Assembly (NCBI GenBank): GCA_025054615.1 | Contig: JANWZO010000004.1 | Location: forward strand, 44,982-108,981 | DNA from: Kiritimatiellia bacterium | Lineage (GTDB): Bacteria > Verrucomicrobiota > Kiritimatiellia > CAIVKH01 | DNA: 64,000 nt | Reading direction: 5' to 3' | In this document: positions 58,837 through 64,000 of the stretch, piece after piece | How the letters are laid out: every line of letters starts with the position of its first letter | Position numbering within the stretch: position 1 is the first letter of the stretch | Notes under the pieces: generated by a model | Databases searched by the model: none | Told to the model about the DNA's origin: nothing | The model's input: only the letters and a program-made list of their open reading frames with translations | Translations under genes and position numbers: made by a program

Positions 58837-60345
58837 TTATGCCGAGGGTCCGGGCGTGGCGGAGGATCGGGATTCCTTCATCGCCTTCTCGCGCGATTTT
58901 GCGTCGAGTGTTTTGTCGAGTTCTTCGAGCGTCTCGTGGAGCCGGGCGAGCATTTTTTCGAGCAGGTCGTAGCTGATGTTCAGGGCCGGCTCGATGCGGA
59001 TGGTCCGCGCCCCGAGCAGGGTGCCGGCAACGAGAACGCCGCGTTTGAACAGCCCGGCGGCCACTTTGTAGCCCACGTTCTTGTCGTGAAACTCGATGCC
59101 GAGCAGGAGTCCCTTGCCGTTGATGGAGCGAATGATGTCGGGGTAAAGGGCATGGAGAGCGCGGAGCCGTTTCATGAGGAATTCTCCCTTTTCTGCCGCC
59201 TGGCGGGGGAGATCCTCCTCGAGCATCACATTGATGGCGGCGATTCCGGCGGCGCACGCGAGCGGGTTGCCGCCAAATGTCGAGCTGTGCAGGAACGGAT
59301 TATCCTCCAGAACCTTCCAAATTTTGGGCGTGCTCATAAAGGCGCTAAGCGGCATAACCCCGCCGCCGAGCGCCTTGCCGAGGCATAGGATATCCGGCAC
59401 CACGTTCCACAATTCACAGGCGAAATTCCGGCCGCAGCGGCCCATGCCGGTCTGCACTTCGTCGAGGATCAGCAGAATTTTGTAGTGGTCGCAGAGCTCG
59501 CGCACGCGGGGCAGGTAATCGTCGGGCGGGGCGATCGCGCCGGCCTCTCCCTGTACCGGCTCGAGGATGATCGCTGCAATTTCCTCACCCAACGCTTCGA
59601 GTTTGCGCAGCTCCCGCTCGAGATCCCGGATATCGCCATAGTCCACGAAAAAGACGTCCTCCAGCAGAGGGGCAAACGGTTTGCGATAGACCGCCTTGCC
59701 CATGACCGAGAGCGACCCCATAGATTTTCCGTGGAATCCGCCGGTCGCCGCAATAAAGCCTGGTTTCTTGGTGTAGAGCCGCGCGAGCTTCAGCGCGCCC
59801 TCGACGGCGTCGGTGCCGTTGTTGATGAAGAAGCAATCCTGGATGTCGCCGGGTGCCAGTTCACCAAGTAGCTCGGCCAGGTATCCACGCAGCGGATCGA
59901 GTAGCTCCTGGGAACTGAGCGGCATGCGTTCCAATTGGGCACGGACCGCTTGGACGATTTTCGGGTGGCGGATGCCCATGTTGTAGACGCCGAATCCGCC
60001 GAGGCAGTCGATGAACTTGCGGCCCATGAGGTCCTCGATGATCGAGCCTTGGCCGGTCCATTCGATGGCAGCGAAATCTTCCGCCTCCGCTACGGACTTT
60101 CTGTAGTGAAGGAATCCGCGATTGAAATAGTCGTCAAAGTTTTCGAGCGTCTTGCGGAGGATGTTTTGTTTCTCGTCGGGCGAAAAGTCGCTGCCGCAAA
60201 TGAGATGCAAATATTCGGACGATTTGCGGTAGACGAGCTCCGCTTTCGACGGGGCCCCTCCGGCTGTCGGACCGCCGGCCGGCGCGGGCTCCAACAGTCC
60301 GGCACCGCTGCGGTCCGGACCGCTCTGGTTGGTTTCGACCATCAT
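58837..60345 (-). CDS. patA: Putrescine aminotransferase (class III PLP aminotransferase, YgjG/PatA type)
   Basis: N-terminal extension matches E. coli PatA block-for-block (FNRGFLHYRKSV...AAIEW, FIDCLGGFGVYNMGIRHP, PLSSQELLDPLRGYLAELL). DEVQTGMGRCG and catalytic Lys region GKALGGG. Confidence 0.88.
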   Translation of the reverse strand: MMVETNQSGPDRSGAGLLEPAPAGGPTAGGAPSKAELVYRKSSEYLHLICGSDFSPDEKQNILRKTLENFDDYFNRGFLHYRKSVAEAEDFAAIEWTGQGSIIEDLMGRKFIDCLGGFGVYNMGIRHPKIVQAVRAQLERMPLSSQELLDPLRGYLAELLGELAPGDIQDCFFINNGTDAVEGALKLARLYTKKPGFIAATGGFHGKSMGSLSVMGKAVYRKPFAPLLEDVFFVDYGDIRDLERELRKLEALGEEIAAIILEPVQGEAGAIAPPDDYLPRVRELCDHYKILLILDEVQTGMGRCGRNFACELWNVVPDILCLGKALGGGVMPLSAFMSTPKIWKVLEDNPFLHSSTFGGNPLACAAGIAAINVMLEEDLPRQAAEKGEFLMKRLRALHALYPDIIRSINGKGLLLGIEFHDKNVGYKVAAGLFKRGVLVAGTLLGARTIRIEPALNISYDLLEKMLARLHETLEELDKTLDAKSREKAMKESRSSATPGPSA

Positions 60346-60439
60346 CGCGCCCTCCAGCGCTCATATAAAGATACTCCCGAATCGCCGGATTACCAAGCCG
60401 AATCGGGGAAGGCGGCGCGGCTTTGGCAGGAGGCGTGGG

Positions 60440-61483
60440 TTACTGCGCTTTAATTTCTGTCCAAAGCTGGTCGTAGAGGACCGCCGCGTCCCCGACATCG
60501 CGAAGGAATTCGCAGCGGTCGATAATTTCCTCCGGCGGATAGACGGCTTCATCCGCGAGAATTGCCGGATCGATCCATTTCTTTGCAGATTTGTTCGCGC
60601 TGGCGTAACGGACCGCGTTGACAATCCGGGCGTTGATTTCCGGTTCCATGACGAACGACATAAAGGCATGCGCGTTCTCGACGTTGCGCGCCTTCTTCGG
60701 GATGCAGAGGCTGTCCATCCAAATCACCGCGCCCTCGACTGGCACGGCGTATCCGAGCCGGTCCGGCTGGGCGGCAACGACGCTGGCGAGCTGGCCATTG
60801 TACCCGTGGGCGAGATCCACATCACCGGCGGCCAGGATGTTATGGAAGTCGCCGCTGTTATAGGTCTTTACCAGGCGTTTCTGGCGCTTAAGGAGATCTG
60901 CCGCCTGGCGGAGGGCATCCGGATCCGTTTCATTCGCTGAACGGCCCAGATACTTCAATGCGACGGCGAATACCTCACGGACGTCGTCGAGCATCAGGAT
61001 GCGACCCGCGTTAGCCTCATCGAACAGGGCGGCCCACGAGTGGACGCCCTCGGGGAATTTCTGCTTGTTGTAGCCGATGCCGGTGGTGCCCCAGAAATAC
61101 GGCATCGAATAGCGGTTGTCGGGATCGAACGGTTTATTCAGGAATTTGGCGTCGAGATGGCTCCACGTTGAGATTCGGCTTTTGTCGATTTCCTTCAACA
61201 GTCCCTCCGCGATCATGATCTGGACCATGTAGTCGGAGGGCACGACCAGGTCGTAGTCGGCCACGCCGGACTGGAGCTTTTCGAGCAGCGCTTCGTTAGA
61301 GTCGTAGGTGTCGTACCGCACGCGGACTCCCGTGCGCTTCTCAAACTCCTGAATGATTTCATCGGGCAGGTATTCCGACCAGATAAAGATGTTGAGGACA
61401 TTTCCGCCGCGCCCGCCGCACCCGGACGCCAACGCCAGCGCTCCCGCCATCAACACTGCCCGAACGATCGACCGCCTTATCAT
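60440..61483 (-). CDS. potD: Spermidine/putrescine ABC transporter periplasmic substrate-binding lipoprotein
   Basis: Lipobox LASGC. NIFIWSEYLPDEIIQEFEKRTGVRVRYDTYDSNEALLEKL is the PotD/PotF N-terminal lobe. Confidence 0.88.
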   Translation of the reverse strand: MIRRSIVRAVLMAGALALASGCGGRGGNVLNIFIWSEYLPDEIIQEFEKRTGVRVRYDTYDSNEALLEKLQSGVADYDLVVPSDYMVQIMIAEGLLKEIDKSRISTWSHLDAKFLNKPFDPDNRYSMPYFWGTTGIGYNKQKFPEGVHSWAALFDEANAGRILMLDDVREVFAVALKYLGRSANETDPDALRQAADLLKRQKRLVKTYNSGDFHNILAAGDVDLAHGYNGQLASVVAAQPDRLGYAVPVEGAVIWMDSLCIPKKARNVENAHAFMSFVMEPEINARIVNAVRYASANKSAKKWIDPAILADEAVYPPEEIIDRCEFLRDVGDAAVLYDQLWTEIKAQ

Positions 61484-62289
61484 CTCGTTCCTCCTTCTTT
61501 CGACGGATCCCGTTGGAGTCGTTGAGATAGGATGATCATAACAATCGTTGCGCCGAGGAGCAATGCACTCACCGCATTCACCTCCGGCGTCACACCGACC
61601 TTGATCATCGAATAAATCTGCAAGGGTAACGTGGTGGCCCCGACGCCCGCGACGAAGGAGCTGACGACGTAGTCATCGATGGAAATGGTGAACACGAGCA
61701 GGGCCCCGGCGATGATACCCGGCAGGATCAGCGGCAGCGTGACCCGCAAAAAGGTTTGGACGGGCCCCGCACCGAGGTCCATCGCTGCTTCCTCAAGCGA
61801 ACGGTCAAACCCCGCCAGGCGCGCGCGGACGACGATCGCGACATACGAGATGCTGAATGCAATGTGCGAGATGATGACGGTCCAGATGCTCAACCGAAAT
61901 TGGATCGCCCCGAAAAAGGTCACCAGCGCCGCGCCGAAGACGATTTCGGGAATAATGATGGGCAGGAAGAGAGCCGCTTGCGTGGCGTGTTTGCCTCGAA
62001 ACGAGTACCGGCTCAGGGCCAGGGCTGCAAGCGTCCCGAAAATGGTCGACACAACCGTAGCCGCGCTTGCGACGATCAGGCTGTTCTTCAGCGCGGCGAG
62101 AATCTGCTGGTTCTCCCCCAGCCGGACATACCACTGGAGTGTGAAACCCTCCCAGCGCGCCGTCTGCCGGCCTGCGTTGAAGGAAAACACGATCAGAATC
62201 AAAATTGGCGCATACAAAAACACGTATACGAGGGCTGAATGCAGGCCCAGCAGCACGCGCTCCCACGCAAACGGTGCAGCCGCCTGCAT
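61480..62289 (-). CDS. potC: Spermidine/putrescine ABC transporter permease
   Basis: Start MQAAAPFAWERVLLGL preceded by GGGAG. The GTG at 62388 is a less likely alternative. EAA-loop permease. About 269 aa as for PotC. Confidence 0.85.
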   Translation of the reverse strand: MQAAAPFAWERVLLGLHSALVYVFLYAPILILIVFSFNAGRQTARWEGFTLQWYVRLGENQQILAALKNSLIVASAATVVSTIFGTLAALALSRYSFRGKHATQAALFLPIIIPEIVFGAALVTFFGAIQFRLSIWTVIISHIAFSISYVAIVVRARLAGFDRSLEEAAMDLGAGPVQTFLRVTLPLILPGIIAGALLVFTISIDDYVVSSFVAGVGATTLPLQIYSMIKVGVTPEVNAVSALLLGATIVMIILSQRLQRDPSKEGGTR

Positions 62290-62348
62290 TTCCGGCTCCC
62301 GTGGGTTTGCCCACTTGCAGTCGGCGGCCCGTGTTTGCGCGCCTCTGC

Positions 62349-63245
62349 TCACCACAATGCCTCCTGACCCTTGCGTTTCGACCACCACGCGTAGGCGAAG
62401 AGCATCAGAAGCACCACGGCCATCAGCTCAAACGCGATCGCCGCGCCAAACGGCCGGTTCCGGGCAATAGCAAACTGGTTCTGAATCAGATTCCCGACCA
62501 GCATGCTCTTCGCGCCGCCAAGCAGGTCGGACACCACAAATTGCCCAATGCTCGGAATGAACACGAGGACTGTCCCCGCAACGATCCCGGGCATCGTCAG
62601 CGGCACTGTGACGCGCCAGAAGGTGGATACATGGTTCGCGCCGAGGTCGCTGGACGCCTCCAGCAGCGTCAGGTCGAGCTTCTCCAGCGAGGCATACAGC
62701 GGGAGAATCATGAAGGGGAGTTCCCCGTAGACCAGCCCGACCATCACCGCAAACTCGTTGTAGAGCAGGTCAAGCGGCTCGGAAATCAACCCAGCGCCGA
62801 GCAGGAGGTTGTTCACGAGGCCTTCCGTGCGGAGGATCAGCATCCACGCATAGGTGCGAATCAGGAAACTGGTCCAGAACGGGATGACGACGAGCGCCAG
62901 AAGGACGTTCTTCCAGCGCGGCGGCGCGACGATCGCGATGTAATAGGCGATGGGATAGCTGATCAGAAGACACAACACCGTCGTCACAACCGCCATCCAG
63001 AACGAGCGCCAGTAAATCGGCCAGTAGAGCGGATCGAGCGACCGAATGTAATTGTGGAGAAACTCGCCGGAGAGAAGGTAGGCGCCCAGGTCGTCGATCG
63101 GCTTGAGCCCGCCATAGGTACCGCGCATCCCGAAGCTGACGACAAACATCACCGCGAGGGGCAGCAGGAAAAATATTCCGAGAAACAACCACGCCGGCGC
63201 GATCAGCAGGTACGGCGATCTTTTGTCTTCGTGGGCGGAGTGCAT
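62349..63245 (-). CDS. potB: Spermidine/putrescine ABC transporter permease
   Basis: 298 aa. Six TM helices. ABC TM1 domain with EAA motif (ASSDLGANHVSTFWRVTVPL). Confidence 0.85.
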   Translation of the reverse strand: MHSAHEDKRSPYLLIAPAWLFLGIFFLLPLAVMFVVSFGMRGTYGGLKPIDDLGAYLLSGEFLHNYIRSLDPLYWPIYWRSFWMAVVTTVLCLLISYPIAYYIAIVAPPRWKNVLLALVVIPFWTSFLIRTYAWMLILRTEGLVNNLLLGAGLISEPLDLLYNEFAVMVGLVYGELPFMILPLYASLEKLDLTLLEASSDLGANHVSTFWRVTVPLTMPGIVAGTVLVFIPSIGQFVVSDLLGGAKSMLVGNLIQNQFAIARNRPFGAAIAFELMAVVLLMLFAYAWWSKRKGQEALW

Positions 63246-63257
63246 GCGCGGACGAAC

Positions 63258-64000
63258 CTACTTCGCCGATGTCGCCGCCGGTACAGGGGCGCCCTGCTGC
63301 GGATTTGCGGCTGCCTGACACGCGCTCAACGCCGGCGACTCCGCCTTCTGCAGCACCACGGTGTCTCGCGGATTCCAACTCATGAATGCGCGTCCGCCCA
63401 CGCGGAAGCGGCTGCTCTCCTGAAAGGGGCGATCGTTTTGCTCATAAATGATGTAGCGCTCGCCCTGGTCGTCGCGGACGATCCACACCGTGTTCACCCC
63501 TTGATAAACGCGGTCCTCGATGGTCACCTCGATGCTGACCTCGCCATCCGCTGTCCCTGATTTCGTCCGGAGGTCCAGCTTTTCGGGCCGCACGACGAAC
63601 CGCACCGTGTCGTTCGGACGCCACGCGTCAGAATTCGTCTTCACCCGGATGTCCGAATCGGTTCTCGCGCCAATGAACATCAGCCCTTCCGCGATCGATT
63701 TGACGACGCCCGTAAAGAAATTTGGCGCGCCCATGAACTGTGCAACGAATTCCGTCTTCGGATACTCAAAGACCTGATGCGACGCGTCAATTTGTTCGAC
63801 ACGCCCCTGATTCATCACCGCGATGCGGTCGCTCATCGTAAGCGCTTCCTCCTGGTCGTGCGTCACGAACACGAAGGTCAGCCCAAGCGACTTCTGAAGA
63901 TTTTTCAGTTCAAGCTGGACCTCTTTGCGCAATTTCTGGTCCAGCGCCGCGAGCGGCTCATCGAGCAGCAGCACCTCCGGCTCCATCGCCAGCGCGCGGG
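63258..64000 (-). CDS. potA: Spermidine/putrescine ABC transporter ATP-binding protein, N-terminus beyond window end
   Basis: The open frame runs to the window edge. Walker B/D-loop LLLDEPLAALD, H-loop VFVTHDQEEA, C-terminal TOBE-like regulatory domain. The track ORF 63258..63986 begins at an internal Met only. Confidence 0.85.
   Translation of the reverse strand, partial: RALAMEPEVLLLDEPLAALDQKLRKEVQLELKNLQKSLGLTFVFVTHDQEEALTMSDRIAVMNQGRVEQIDASHQVFEYPKTEFVAQFMGAPNFFTGVVKSIAEGLMFIGARTDSDIRVKTNSDAWRPNDTVRFVVRPEKLDLRTKSGTADGEVSIEVTIEDRVYQGVNTVWIVRDDQGERYIIYEQNDRPFQESSRFRVGGRAFMSWNPRDTVVLQKAESPALSACQAAANPQQGAPVPAATSAK

Overview
This is a high-GC (about 60-65 %) bacterial chromosomal window. Gene overlaps of the ATGA type are frequent, and three proteins carry a prepilin-type N-terminal methylation motif ([16 protein letters not shown]). 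That is typical of the PVC superphylum (Planctomycetota/Verrucomicrobiota-like). I can support about 55 genes. (1) A glycan-degradation operon on the minus strand at the left edge: a GH95 fucosidase that runs off the window and is therefore absent from the ORF track, a GH38 alpha-mannosidase, a CBM-like secreted protein, a DUF1559-like pseudopilin and a lipoprotein, next to two tandem LacI-family regulators. (2) Housekeeping genes: mnmA-larE-class IV aminotransferase-OMP operon, folK, rpsB-tsf, pyrC, dapF, mazG, pheST, glmS, queA, pgi, mfd. (3) Envelope and signalling genes: FHA protein, TPR lipoprotein, HtrA-like protease, GT4 glycosyltransferase coupled to an ankyrin/SNase lipoprotein, Ser/Thr kinase, YihY/BrkB-cNMP-binding fusion, T1SS-like ABC exporter plus HlyD, an MBOAT (AlgI-like) plus two AlgJ/AlgX-like DHHW proteins plus a LamG/beta-propeller lipoprotein. 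(4) Putrescine uptake and catabolism: potABCD plus putrescine aminotransferase. The most unusual signal is a pair of near-identical tandem arrays, 23 kb apart, of a 17-19 bp palindrome (T4-6 CCAT NNN ATGG A3-5) repeated 5-8 times with a strict ~31 bp phase. One array sits directly upstream of an orphan HprK-like kinase / PF14907-like nucleotidyltransferase cassette (a RiPP-tailoring-like pair with no precursor or cyclase nearby). The other sits directly upstream of pgi. The arrays are not CRISPR-like and not coding. They look like a phased operator or curved-DNA array for an unknown dimeric DNA-binding protein. I found no rRNA or tRNA genes. All coordinates for starts I re-derived by hand may be off by 1-3 nt.
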